The position numbers were made by a program, and so were the translations under genes. The notes under the pieces were generated by a model. That model was not told the DNA's origin and searched no databases. It was given only the letters and a program-made list of their open reading frames with translations. From Diplonema japonicum (lineage: Eukaryota; Protista; Euglenozoa: Diplonemea), in contig OZ025706.1 of the NCBI GenBank assembly GCA_964019335.1, positions 434,001 to 498,000 on the forward strand: a DNA stretch of 64,000 nucleotides. Reading direction: 5' to 3'. Shown here in pieces: positions 1 through 10,161 of this stretch (its first letter is position 1; the number at the start of each line of letters is the position of its first letter).

Positions 1-589
1 CAAAACGTGGATCAGGTAAATAGCACAATGGTTCTCCGCATGTCAAAGTGATTGGCATAGCGTATATATTAATGAAAAGTGTTGGTCATCATGTCGGCTA
101 TGGTGGATGTGGGGTAAAAAAAAAGGGGGGGGAGGGCGGTATCTCCTTCTTTTCCCTCCCTCCCATATATATCTTGAAATCAGGTAAATAGCACAATGGT
201 TCTCCGCAAATCAAAGTGATTGGCATAGCGTATATATATAATTGAAAAGTGTTGGTCATCATGTGGTCATGTGGGAGAGATGAGATGAGAAGAAGAAGGA
301 CGCGCTGTCCGGTTTGCAGTGCGCAATGGTTCGCATCACTATTGTTGCTCTGTTGCTGACAAAACGAAACATGGATCAGGTAAATAGCACAATGGTTCTC
401 CGCATGTCACAGTGATTGGCATAGCGTATATATTAATGAAAAGTGTTGGTCATCATGTAGTCATGTGTGGGAGAAGAAGGACGCGCCGTTTGGTTTGGAA
501 TTGAAATCAGGTAAATAGCACAATGGTTCTCCGCAAATCAAAGTGATTGGCATAGCGTATATATTAATGAAAAGTGTTGGTCATCATGT
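1..589. repeat. Segmental duplication; essentially identical copy at 3265-3853 (offset 3264)
   Basis: Direct sequence identity, including the spacers between the C/D units. Confidence 0.9.
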
Positions 590-720
590 AGTCATGTGTG
601 GGAGAAGAAGGACGCGCCGTTTGGTTCGGAATTGAAATCAGGTAAATAGCACAATGGTTCTCCGCATGTCAAAGTGATTGGCATAGCGTATATATTAATG
701 AAAAGTGTTGGTCATCATGT
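12..720 (-). ncRNA. Cluster of 5 near-identical ~83-nt box C/D snoRNA-like units (12-94, 180-264, 376-458, 507-589, 638-720)
   Basis: Minus strand reads acATGATGAccaacacttttcattaatatatacgctatgccaatcactTTGAcATGCGGAgaaccattgtgctatttacCTGA. Box C is at the 5' end, box D at the 3' end, with plausible internal D'/C'. Same strand as the gene cluster. Confidence 0.7.
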
Positions 721-1403
721 TGTTGCAAAAGCGCGCACGGCTAGGATCAAAAGTAGTCAATAAAAATGCTTATTTTCTTATTCAAGCAGAGAAAAACAAA
801 AAGAGAAGAAAACAAACCAACAGAATACTCATCCTGCCGGACACTTGCTTTAGTCGCCCCCGCCATTCTTTCCTCACATGAGCGACCCAAACGGGCGAAA
901 GGAGGTCAAGTCAAAAGCTTTGAACCACTTTATGGACACGTTTTCGCTCGTGCGCACAAACAAATGGAGCGCCAAACTAGTTTTCGTTAGTATAAGAATA
1001 AAACGGCTACTTTCCGATTTCGAGCGACTGTCATCGTTATGGGAAAGAAGAATAAAAACGGAGAAGAAAAAAAAAAGAACAAGGAAAACAAAGTGGGGGG
1101 GGTTTTAAAAAAAGGTTCGTTTATAGAATGACCCGCACTAATTACACGTGAGAGGGTGCCGATACACCGCTCTCAGTTATTTATTTTATTTTTCCTTTGT
1201 TTTTTTTCACCCCCCCCTACATTACGTTTCTTTAGCTGGCTCACCTATATTGAGAGACCAGAGGGGCAGGAGAGAGGCGGGAGAGAGACCAAAAGGATTC
1301 GAGATACGTTGATATGCAACTACGCAAGACAGAAAGAAAAAAAAAAAAAAAAAAAAAGCAAAAACGGGGGGAGATGAACTCAGACCTTTTCCAATGGGGC
1401 CGT

Positions 1404-2990
1404 CTACGGAGTAACCTCCTGGTAGGGTCCGAGGAAGCCTCCGTACTTGTTGGCAGCGAACCAACAAGCGCACAGTCCGTTGGGGAGCGTAGCGTTCTTT
1501 GGGCAGGCATCGACACCTGTCTCGTTGTTCTCCCAGTAGCTCTGCTTCAGGATGTTGAGACGGTTCTTCATGGCCTGAACCTTCTCTTGGTTCTCACTGG
1601 CAATGTCCGTGAGCTCGTGAGGGTCCTCCACTACATTGTACAAGCAGCCTTGAGTGCAGTCCGCGTTGTATGATTCAGGTTGCGACAGGTGCGACGTGGA
1701 GTTCGGGAAGTGCGGCCCGCCCCACGACGCGAAAGAGATCTTCCCGCCAAGGATGAGCTTCAGGTCACCCTCGATCAGAGTGGTGTCGTCAATGGGCACC
1801 TCAGTACGGGGCGAGGTCGCGTTTGCGCCCCTGACCAGATCCCATACATTGATCGAGTCAATGGGCGGAAGGTGCGACTCTGCAGCAGGCTTGTCCGTCG
1901 GGTCCACGCCAGCAAGGTGCGCAAACGTAGCGTACCAATCAGCAATGTGCACGACGCCCTCCTGCTTCGTCCCCCGCACAGCTTGGGGGAGGTACCCTCC
2001 AGACGCGAACGCAGCGGCACGAATGCCCCCCTCCCACGGGCTGTACTTCGACCCTCTCAACGGCCAGTTGTTCGACCCAGACTCGGGCAGCACTAGAGGG
2101 CCGCCGTTGTCCGACGAGAACACCATCAGCGTGTCCTCCCACATCCCCTTCGTCTTCAGCAGGGTTGTGATGTTCCCAAGCACGTTGTCAAGGTAGTTCA
2201 CCATGGCGTGGTACTGCGCCCTGCATGCGAACTTGCTCCCTTGGGGGTTCACGTACGGGGTCTGTGCAGAGCAAGCAGGTTCATCCGTCCCTTCAGTGAG
2301 GGCGGAGAAGCGTTCCATGTACTCAGGGGGCACCTGCAGCGGGCAGTGCGCCACGTGGGGAGTGTAGAACAGGAACAGCGGCTGCGCAGGGTTGTGTCCG
2401 TGGATGATGGAGGTGAGCCTCTCCTCAAACAGCTCCTCTTCGTATTTGCTTCCGGCCAGGCTGGGCGATGGCTTATCCGTGTCCCACAGGTCGTAGGTTC
2501 CGTTGCAGCTGGTCTGCATGGCCTTCATGGTGTAGAAGTCGTTCTTGTGCTCGAAGTACCCAAGCGAGGTGTCGTATCCCCTCCCCTGGGGTGTGTGCTT
2601 GGGGGTCGCCATGCCGGCGTCCCACTTCCCGACAAGGTGTGTGGCGTAGCCTCCCTTCTTCATCACTTGTGCAATGCCAGTCATGTTGCGGGGAATGCCG
2701 CAGTTAGGGTGCTCTGGGTTGACGAGCTTCGTGGTGACGTGCACAGGGAGGCGCCCGCTCTGCACAGAGGTCCTCGTCGGTGTGCAGAACATGTGCACGT
2801 AGTGCCTGTCCAGGTCGATGCCCTCCTGCACAAGAGCATCAATGTTCGGTGTGATGACATCCTTGCTAGGAGGGTTTCTGTGGAACCCAACGTCCCCCCA
2901 TCCAAGGTCGTCCACCAGCACGAAGAGGATATGGGGCGGGTTCGCAGACACTGCAGTCAGCATCCCCAGTAACACAGCGAGGGTTCGCAT
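1404..2990 (-). CDS. Secreted arylsulfatase (S1 family, ARSB-like)
   Basis: Signal peptide, PHILFVLVDDLGW, CTPTR formylglycine motif, GKW, SDNGG, RGSK..WEGG. Confidence 0.95.
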   Translation of the reverse strand: MRTLAVLLGMLTAVSANPPHILFVLVDDLGWGDVGFHRNPPSKDVITPNIDALVQEGIDLDRHYVHMFCTPTRTSVQSGRLPVHVTTKLVNPEHPNCGIPRNMTGIAQVMKKGGYATHLVGKWDAGMATPKHTPQGRGYDTSLGYFEHKNDFYTMKAMQTSCNGTYDLWDTDKPSPSLAGSKYEEELFEERLTSIIHGHNPAQPLFLFYTPHVAHCPLQVPPEYMERFSALTEGTDEPACSAQTPYVNPQGSKFACRAQYHAMVNYLDNVLGNITTLLKTKGMWEDTLMVFSSDNGGPLVLPESGSNNWPLRGSKYSPWEGGIRAAAFASGGYLPQAVRGTKQEGVVHIADWYATFAHLAGVDPTDKPAAESHLPPIDSINVWDLVRGANATSPRTEVPIDDTTLIEGDLKLILGGKISFASWGGPHFPNSTSHLSQPESYNADCTQGCLYNVVEDPHELTDIASENQEKVQAMKNRLNILKQSYWENNETGVDACPKNATLPNGLCACWFAANKYGGFLGPYQEVTP

Positions 2991-3079
2991 CTTTTTTTTT
3001 TCCCCCTTCTCCTTTCCCTTCTTTTTTTTCCCCTTTCCCCGTTCTCCCTCTTAACAGGTAAAGATATCCCACAAGATTT

Positions 3080-3853
3080 TCAGTTCGTTAGCACAATGGT
3101 TCTCCGCATGTCAAAGATGATTGGCATAGCGTATATATATTAATGAAAAGTGTTGGTCATCATGTAGTCGAGAAAAAGACGATCCCGGTAGTTCCTGTCT
3201 GCTCCCTTGTGCCCCACTACCTGTGAGAAGGGCGCATAAGCTTGTTTCGTTGCTGTGGACACAACAAAACGTGGATCAGGTAAATAGCACAATGGTTCTC
3301 CGCATGTCAAAGTGATTGGCATAGCGTATATATTAATGAAAAGTGTTGGTCATCATGTCGGCTATGGTGGATGTGGGGTAAAAAAAAAGGGGGGGGAGGG
3401 CGGTATCTCCTTCTTTTCCCTCCCTCCCATATATATCTTGAAATCAGGTAAATAGCACAATGGTTCTCCGCAAATCAAAGTGATTGGCATAGCGTATATA
3501 TATAATTGAAAAGTGTTGGTCATCATGTGGTCATGTGGGAGAGATGAGATGAGAAGAAGAAGGACGCGCTGTCCGGTTTGCAGTGCGCAATGGTTCGCAT
3601 CACTATTGTTGCTCTGTTGCTGACAAAACGAAACATGGATCAGGTAAATAGCACAATGGTTCTCCGCATGTCACAGTGATTGGCATAGCGTATATATTAA
3701 TGAAAAGTGTTGGTCATCATGTAGTCATGTGTGGGAGAAGAAGGACGCGCCGTTTGGTTTGGAATTGAAATCAGGTAAATAGCACAATGGTTCTCCGCAA
3801 ATCAAAGTGATTGGCATAGCGTATATATTAATGAAAAGTGTTGGTCATCATGT
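3080..3853 (-). ncRNA. Second cluster of 5 box C/D snoRNA-like units (3080-3165 variant, 3276-3358, 3444-3528, 3640-3722, 3771-3853)
   Basis: Same unit as 12-720. The 3080 copy changes the 5 nt next to box D but keeps CTGA and ATGATGA. Confidence 0.7.
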
Positions 3854-4314
3854 CCTGCCATCAGGCCATCGCGAGCAGGGCACCTCAAAAGAAACATAAT
3901 TCTTTATGACAAAATGTTTTTGTTGTTCGCTTTTAAAAAGCTGCGAAAGCTTTTTGCTCGGCACAAGTTGCATATAAAATCTTTTTTTGAAAGATAAATA
4001 TTTGTAACGAAAGAAAAATGGCAAAACTAGTCGATTTTCATTTTTAGGCTAGGGGGGGAAGCAAAGGTAAAAACCCGCGAATCCCTAACGCGGCACGAAG
4101 ATCACAAGGATTATTATTATCTCAACCACATTGCAATTGAAGTTAAAAGCAAAACATTATATATGAGCGCACCACCTACAAGGTTTGCAAGAAAAAAGAA
4201 AAAGACATAAAGGGAAGAAAAAAGTATGTGCACTGAAATGAAACAAGACAGGCGCAGGGCTTCGACTACAAAGGAGCGGCAAGGAAGCTAGAGGAAGCTG
4301 GTAAGTTGCGCGTT

Positions 4315-5496
4315 TTAAAAAGCGTGCAACTGATTATCAGCGACGTACCACGTGACGGGGCGGTGAGGCGCAGAGCACGTTGTAATGGCCTTCGGTTCTT
4401 CTTTGGTAGGACATTTCAGAGACTTTGTGAAGGTATACAAATTGTGGTAGACCAGCGCATCAGCATCGTTGGATACTGTGAACGAAGGCGTCACATGCAC
4501 GAGGGCTTTGCGGAAAGCACCCGGCAAGGGTGGCGTAAGAACAGCCGCAGGGGCTGAAGTTTTGCGGAGGTCCCACACCGTGAGCTCAGAGTCCGCAGCA
4601 CGGACAGCAAGAAGGCTGGCCGTGACGCCTAGCGAAGTCACAACAGAACGCACCTTCAACACCGGTGTCAGGTCAGGGCTGCGCATGTCGCACCGCACCA
4701 CAGCCTTGTTCCGCATTCCACATAAGACTGCATCCTCTGTAGCAGCCATGCTGATACAGTCGGTGCTGGACCGCCAAGTTCTGTGATGCCGTAGCTCTGC
4801 AGTGCTGCTCACTACGCTGTTCTTGCAGCCCAGCAACAGGTTGTCGCCGTGAAGCAGACCTGAAAACACAGTCTTCTTTGTACTTGCTGTCTTCACAACG
4901 GGTGTGCCCGTTGTTCGCACCACTGTGACGAAGCCGTCGACGCTAGACGTGCTGATGATGTCCGCAGAAGCGGACGTTGCCACGAAGGAGGACTTCTTGA
5001 AGGTTGTGAAGGTCGTGTAGGAGAGGGAAGGTACTGTTTGCGTGGGGTGCGCCGTCCACAGACCGTTCTCGCCATGCCCCACAAGGAGGTTGGCCTGCTC
5101 GGCGTACGTGATGTGCGTGCAGTTCTTCGGAACGTTTGTGTTGTTGTCATCGATGTGGATGACCTTCTTCCTGACGATAGACCCTGCCCCTGTGCCCGGC
5201 ATGCACCGCAGGCGGAGCGTCTTGTCGATGTTTTCCCCTATTCGGAAGGAGCCGTGTTTGCGCGCGAGAAAAAAACTGGGCATCGATTCCTTACATTGCG
5301 CGACTTGGCTTTCCAGCACCTCCTCCTCCAGGTAATATGTCTCCCACTCCACAGCCTCGTGGAGCTTCATCGGTACCCCTGCCTCGTTCACCAGCACCTT
5401 CCCTTTCATTACACTCTCTGCCACCACCATGTCCAGCTTGATGCCTCGCACGGAGAACATGCGTCCGCTGCCGCGCTCCAAGATGAACCCCTTCAT
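4315..5496 (-). CDS. WD40/beta-propeller protein
   Basis: Likely start MKGFILE at 5496. WD-like repeats (SSVDGFVTV, CGMRNKAVVRCDMR, ELTVWDLRK). Confidence 0.75.
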   Translation of the reverse strand: MKGFILERGSGRMFSVRGIKLDMVVAESVMKGKVLVNEAGVPMKLHEAVEWETYYLEEEVLESQVAQCKESMPSFFLARKHGSFRIGENIDKTLRLRCMPGTGAGSIVRKKVIHIDDNNTNVPKNCTHITYAEQANLLVGHGENGLWTAHPTQTVPSLSYTTFTTFKKSSFVATSASADIISTSSVDGFVTVVRTTGTPVVKTASTKKTVFSGLLHGDNLLLGCKNSVVSSTAELRHHRTWRSSTDCISMAATEDAVLCGMRNKAVVRCDMRSPDLTPVLKVRSVVTSLGVTASLLAVRAADSELTVWDLRKTSAPAAVLTPPLPGAFRKALVHVTPSFTVSNDADALVYHNLYTFTKSLKCPTKEEPKAITTCSAPHRPVTWYVADNQLHAF

Positions 5497-5639
5497 CTTC
5501 CCTGCTGGGGTGGGTTGGTGGGTGGGTGGGGTGGGGAATGGTTTGTTTTTTTTGTGTTTGTATTTGCAAAATAAGAGAATAAGAGAAAAATAAGTTTTTT
5601 TTTTTTTTTTTTTCCTTTCTTTTCTTTTGCAGTGAGAGA

Positions 5640-6652
5640 GCATACGGCCACGCAGTACAAGTAACCCGTTTCAAGAATACCGCTTCTTTTTTCTGAAAAG
5701 GGGGATTGCCTGTGCAAACAGGGAAACACAACAACTACATTTTCTGCGTGCATTGGGGGAAGGAAAAAAAGAAGAAGAAGAAAAAAAAAAGGAAAAAAAG
5801 AAAACAGAAAATCAACGAAATAACGCTTCATACCTCGAGTGCCAGAGGTCAAAAGGACTTGCGATAAAAATTGCCCACGTCCAGTCACTACCTCCAAGGT
5901 AGTTTATTTGGTCCCTTTGGGAAGTCCTCACACGAAACTGAAGAAATGGGAATGCGTGTTCCCACGACGCTTAAGAGGAAAGGAGCGTAGAAAAGAAAAA
6001 AAGGGGGGAGCAAAATGAAAAAAAAAAAAATAAAAAGAAGAAGAAAAAGAAAGAAAGAAAAAAAAAAAAACATTAAAAACACGGTGGCATCTTCCCTTTT
6101 TGAGGAGGTTTTTTTTTTTTTTTTTTTTTCTTCCCTGGTTTGGTTTTCTGTTCGTTTCTATTGCCCGCTTCTCTGTCCCCAAAAAGCAACTATTGCAAAG
6201 TGAACATGTCGGACTGGCGGCATTACACCCCTGGCCTGACAGCTCCTCCGGTGGCCTTTGAGTGGCTTTAAGAACGAAAGTCCGGCTCCTTTTCAATATA
6301 CAGTAGTAAGTACCTTTCGACAAGAGAAAAACGGAAGAGAAAAAAAAAAAAAAAAGAAGGAAAAAAAAGAAAGAGAAAAAAAAAGGGGGGGGGCAGGAGG
6401 GGGTAGGGGTACGCAGCAGATGGCCCCACCTCCGTTGAATTAAAACAAAACTCGATCTTTTAACATCAAGGTGACACAAGTAAAATGGCTCTTAGTTCAG
6501 TCCTCCCAGTGTACCTTAAGCACATGGGGCAGGGGGGTGATTGTAGTCAAACTTCTCGGTCCCTGTTCCCGTTTTTTTTTCTTTTTCTTTTTTGCCGAAG
6601 CTCTACCGCTTGGTAGAGCAATACCCATTCTTGTCCCTTGACGGATATTCCT

Positions 6653-6689
<37 letters not shown>

Positions 6690-6923
6690 AAACTAAAAAA
6701 ATAAAGGTGATAGGAAGAAAGGAGGTAAGGGTTTTTCTTGATGCGTAGGCTTTTTTGACTGAAATCAGGCATAAATCCCAACCTCAGGCACCCGCGATGG
6801 CGAAGCCTAGGCTTACCTCTTTTAAGAATAAAAAAAAAAAAAAACTTAAAGGCATCCATCTGGCGGGGGCATGGACCTTCTCGCTGAGAAGCATCCGAAA
6901 TGGGAAGAATAAAATGAGGAAGT
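5640..6923 (-). ncRNA. Candidate structured non-coding transcript (no credible ORF)
   Basis: Pyrimidine tract plus AG at 6925-6924, followed by GC-balanced islands with many short perfect stems between homopolymer runs. Confidence 0.35.
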
Positions 6924-7021
6924 CTTTTACAAAGGGAGTAGCAAAGTTAGGGAAAGACAGAAAGGAGAACAAAAAAAAAATCGTTTTTTCTTTTCCCCTC
7001 CTCCCCTCTCTTGTTTCTTAT

Positions 7022-7068
<47 letters not shown>

Positions 7069-7102
7069 CACGCGAAAGCTCCCTCCATTCCCTTCACCCT
7101 TT

Positions 7103-7537
7103 TCATGTCCCGTAACTTGTCGCAGTCGGTTGGAGTGGATTTTCGTGTCCTTGTTCTTCGTCCTTCGCATTTTGGTTCTTCACGAACTCCCTGTGGTCTA
7201 TGCACCTACGCATTAGAATGGAGAAGTAGCACAAGGTGACCAGCCCAATGATAGCGGGGGCTACACCCTTTCCAAGGACAGGGATCTCGTCAGAAGTGTC
7301 CTTGTCGAAAGGAGGTGCCCCTACATCCGCAAGGATTATGAAGAGCAGCGTCAAGAGCATCACCACCAGCACCAGCCAAGCAGCAACGGGGATCTTCGGT
7401 GGCTCGGTTGGCGGAAGCCTTCTTGACGGGTCGACTTTGTGCACATATCGATTTTTTTTATTTTTTTTCTCCGTTTTTTTCTTTGAAGAGTACATTGCAG
7501 GGGGCTTCTCATCCTTCTCTTCTGTCATGGCGCCCAT
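7103..7537 (-). CDS. Small membrane protein with two TM helices
   Basis: ATG at 7537. Hydrophobic segments IPVAAWLVLVVMLLTLLFIILA and VAPAIIGLVTLCYFSIL. Confidence 0.6.
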   Translation of the reverse strand: MGAMTEEKDEKPPAMYSSKKKTEKKNKKNRYVHKVDPSRRLPPTEPPKIPVAAWLVLVVMLLTLLFIILADVGAPPFDKDTSDEIPVLGKGVAPAIIGLVTLCYFSILMRRCIDHREFVKNQNAKDEEQGHENPLQPTATSYGT

Positions 7538-8004
7538 TTTTTTTTTTCCCCTCCCCCCACCACCACCCCGCCTATGAATATCTGAAAAAAAAAAATAATG
7601 AAAATAAGAAAAAGAGGGAAAAAAAAACGTTCCACCCGGCACCGAGATGCTTACCTGCCCCCCTTTTTTTTTTTAATTTTCTTTCCTTCCTTTCTGATGG
7701 TTCAAAAGGATTTTCGTGAAGCCCCCTTCCTCTGGTCGGAACGCGTCAGTGTGGCGGGTTGTCAAACTAAGAAGGAAAGATAAACAGAAGAGAGAGAAGG
7801 GGGGGGGGGGGGGGAAGAAGAAAAACAGTCCGTTAACCGGAAAAGAAGAGAGCACCGGCACCGGGCAGTAGACCGCCCGAGCCACGAAAGTTTATTTGAA
7901 CGTTATTACAAGTGTATTGTTTATTTTCCTTTTTTTTCTTTTTGAAACCAACTGTTTTATCGATTGTTGCTTGATGAAATTATAGAAAGATAAGGACCGA
8001 AGTC

Positions 8005-10059
8005 TCATTGCTGGACATCAAAGGCCAGCCCGTACGTGCTGCAGTGGTTCAAGGAGACAGTTGCTGTTGTGATTTGCGCGACTTGTGACGACCTCGTGTC
8101 AGCAAGACACTTCTTTGGGCACCTAGCCGACTCGACAAGACGGGTGTCCTTGTTGTACTGCAAGAGCGCAGGTGCGGCAGCCTCGCTACAAGGGACAAGA
8201 CGCAGGGGTACGTCCTCTGCACAGTCCTCAGGCGCCACCACGCACATACCTTCCCCGAAGTATGTGTTCACAAAAGACGAAACCTCCCAGCCTGCAGTGG
8301 GGTTCTTACACGTGCCCACACTGAGCAGCTCCACACCGTCCACGTGTATGGTCCCTAGACATCCGTTGGCAGATGTCATGCGGGTGCCCTTTTGCAGGCC
8401 CTCCCTCACGCCAGTGCCGCTCAGCGTGTCTGCAGCCTCGGGCGACGCGCAGCCTGACTCATTGACTCTGCTGTTCTTCACAGAAGCCTCGAAAGCCATG
8501 AGCATGGTTTTCATCTCGTTGCAAACGTCCGCCTGCTCGCTGCACAGGTCATGCGATTCGGTGGGGTCGTTCATCAGATCGAAGAGGAAAGGCCCCGGTT
8601 CGCCTTCCTTGAAGGGTGGCAGCATGGTGGGGCATTGCCCTTTGGCAGGGTTTGCGACGATCTTCCACGTGGCGGTCGGAGTGGAGTTGAGCATCGCCCA
8701 CTGGCCCGACTGCCCGAACCCCAAAGGCTTGGTCCTGTGCGTCTGCAATGGGGTGCTGCCGTTGAGCAGCGGGAGCAGCGACGTGCCGTCAACAACCCAG
8801 TCGCTGGGGTACTGCATTCCAAGGATGTCCAGCACTGTGGGCAGGAAGTCCACCGTTGAGGCTGTGTAGTTGGTTTGCTTGAAGTTGTCCCCGATCAGCG
8901 CGGGCCACCTCACGAATCCTGGCACGCGGATCCCACCTTCGAACAGGGAAGCCTTGCATTGCCGCAACCCGTTCGTTGCGGAGTTCTGGCCCCCATCCCT
9001 GACCCCCATCCCTGTGTCGATGTGCGGTCCATTGTCTGCTGTGAACCACCACATGGTGTTGTCCTCGAGACCTTTAGCTGCTAGCATGTTTTGCAGAACG
9101 CCTATCTGGTGGTCCATCTGGCTCACAGTGCCTAAATAGTTTCCAGCCCAGTTCCCCATCGTGTCATTGTAAGCATGGTACCACTCAGGGAGGGCGTAGT
9201 GCGGCACATGGTTGGTGTGCAACCACAGGAATGCCATCCATGGTGTGTCATCGGTGTTGCGTTGCAAGAACCCGTCGAAGAGGCCGACGATGTACTCGGA
9301 GTCGTCGCCTTCGATCTTCTCTGTCAGGTTGGCAACACAGCTCCTGCCGGTGGTGTTAGGGTCCAAGCAAGCTTGAGGGGGCGGCAGGGTTTCGTAGCGC
9401 CAGTAGTTGGTGCACGTCAATGCATCGTTGACCCACTCACCCGTCCCGGTGATGCATCCTTTACCTTGGTTCTTCCATTCGGGCATGCACCCGCAGTTCG
9501 GCGTGCTAGACTCTGCTGACGCCTCTGTCGCATGCCACTCCTGGAACCCATGGTGCCCTGGGTTGGACGAAGGCCATTTCTTCATTGCGTATGTGGGGCT
9601 CTCGCCTTTCACCCAAAAATCGCCTAAATGCCACTTTCCTGCGAAGAAGGTGTTGTATCCCTTCTCTCTGGCTGCCTGTGCTACTGTGTATGTCGCAGCA
9701 GGAAAAGGCAGTCTGTCGTAGCATGACCATGCAGGTTCCTGCCCGCACCCCTCTGCGTTGTCGATGCACTCCCTCCTCGGCGTTCTTCCACTCAGCACAG
9801 ACGACCTGGTGGGGCTGCACACAGAGCTGCCTGAGTAGAACCTGTCGAACCTCATTGTCCCCTTCTGCCCTGCGACAGCGTCCAAGTTAGGCGTCCTTGG
9901 TGGGTTCACTATGAAATTCGCGCCCCCTGCGGCAGGCTGCAGGTAGTCCTTGTTGTACGAAACGTCGCCCCACCCCATGTCGTCCGCAAGCACAAACAAC
10001 ATGTTCGGCCTCTGCACTGCACACAGAGCGTGCGATATTTGCAATATTAGTAATGCCAT
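8005..10059 (-). CDS. Secreted sulfatase with Cys-rich C-terminal (ricin-B-lectin-like) domain
   Basis: RPNMLFVLADDMGWGD, CSPTR motif, GKWHLG, ADNG, KASLFEGGIRVP. C-terminal GCL/MCV/KCL repeats. Confidence 0.92.
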   Translation of the reverse strand: MALLILQISHALCAVQRPNMLFVLADDMGWGDVSYNKDYLQPAAGGANFIVNPPRTPNLDAVAGQKGTMRFDRFYSGSSVCSPTRSSVLSGRTPRRECIDNAEGCGQEPAWSCYDRLPFPAATYTVAQAAREKGYNTFFAGKWHLGDFWVKGESPTYAMKKWPSSNPGHHGFQEWHATEASAESSTPNCGCMPEWKNQGKGCITGTGEWVNDALTCTNYWRYETLPPPQACLDPNTTGRSCVANLTEKIEGDDSEYIVGLFDGFLQRNTDDTPWMAFLWLHTNHVPHYALPEWYHAYNDTMGNWAGNYLGTVSQMDHQIGVLQNMLAAKGLEDNTMWWFTADNGPHIDTGMGVRDGGQNSATNGLRQCKASLFEGGIRVPGFVRWPALIGDNFKQTNYTASTVDFLPTVLDILGMQYPSDWVVDGTSLLPLLNGSTPLQTHRTKPLGFGQSGQWAMLNSTPTATWKIVANPAKGQCPTMLPPFKEGEPGPFLFDLMNDPTESHDLCSEQADVCNEMKTMLMAFEASVKNSRVNESGCASPEAADTLSGTGVREGLQKGTRMTSANGCLGTIHVDGVELLSVGTCKNPTAGWEVSSFVNTYFGEGMCVVAPEDCAEDVPLRLVPCSEAAAPALLQYNKDTRLVESARCPKKCLADTRSSQVAQITTATVSLNHCSTYGLAFDVQQ

Positions 10060-10161
10060 CCTGTCCTGTTGGAAACTGATCAGCAGCCTTAAGCCAAAGG
10101 AGTGCGCCAAAAAGAAAACCCTTAAAACAGCAACGAAAGATAAAAAGGAGAGAAAACAAGG

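Noticed and set aside
12-720. CRISPR-like repeat-spacer array
   Set aside because: Repeats are ~83 nt, spacers are irregular and themselves duplicated, no cas genes, eukaryotic context. C/D boxes explain it better.
5640-5650. Group II intron domain V start (GCCGTATGC on minus)
   Set aside because: The complementary 3' half of domain V is absent.
5640-6950. Telomerase RNA or RNase P/MRP identity for the structured region
   Set aside because: No full CUAACCCU-type template. GAAAGTCCGG at ~6276 has no downstream P4 partner strand.
5493-7885. Many short poly-K/poly-F ORFs, here and in other spacers
   Set aside because: Translations of A/T homopolymer tracts.
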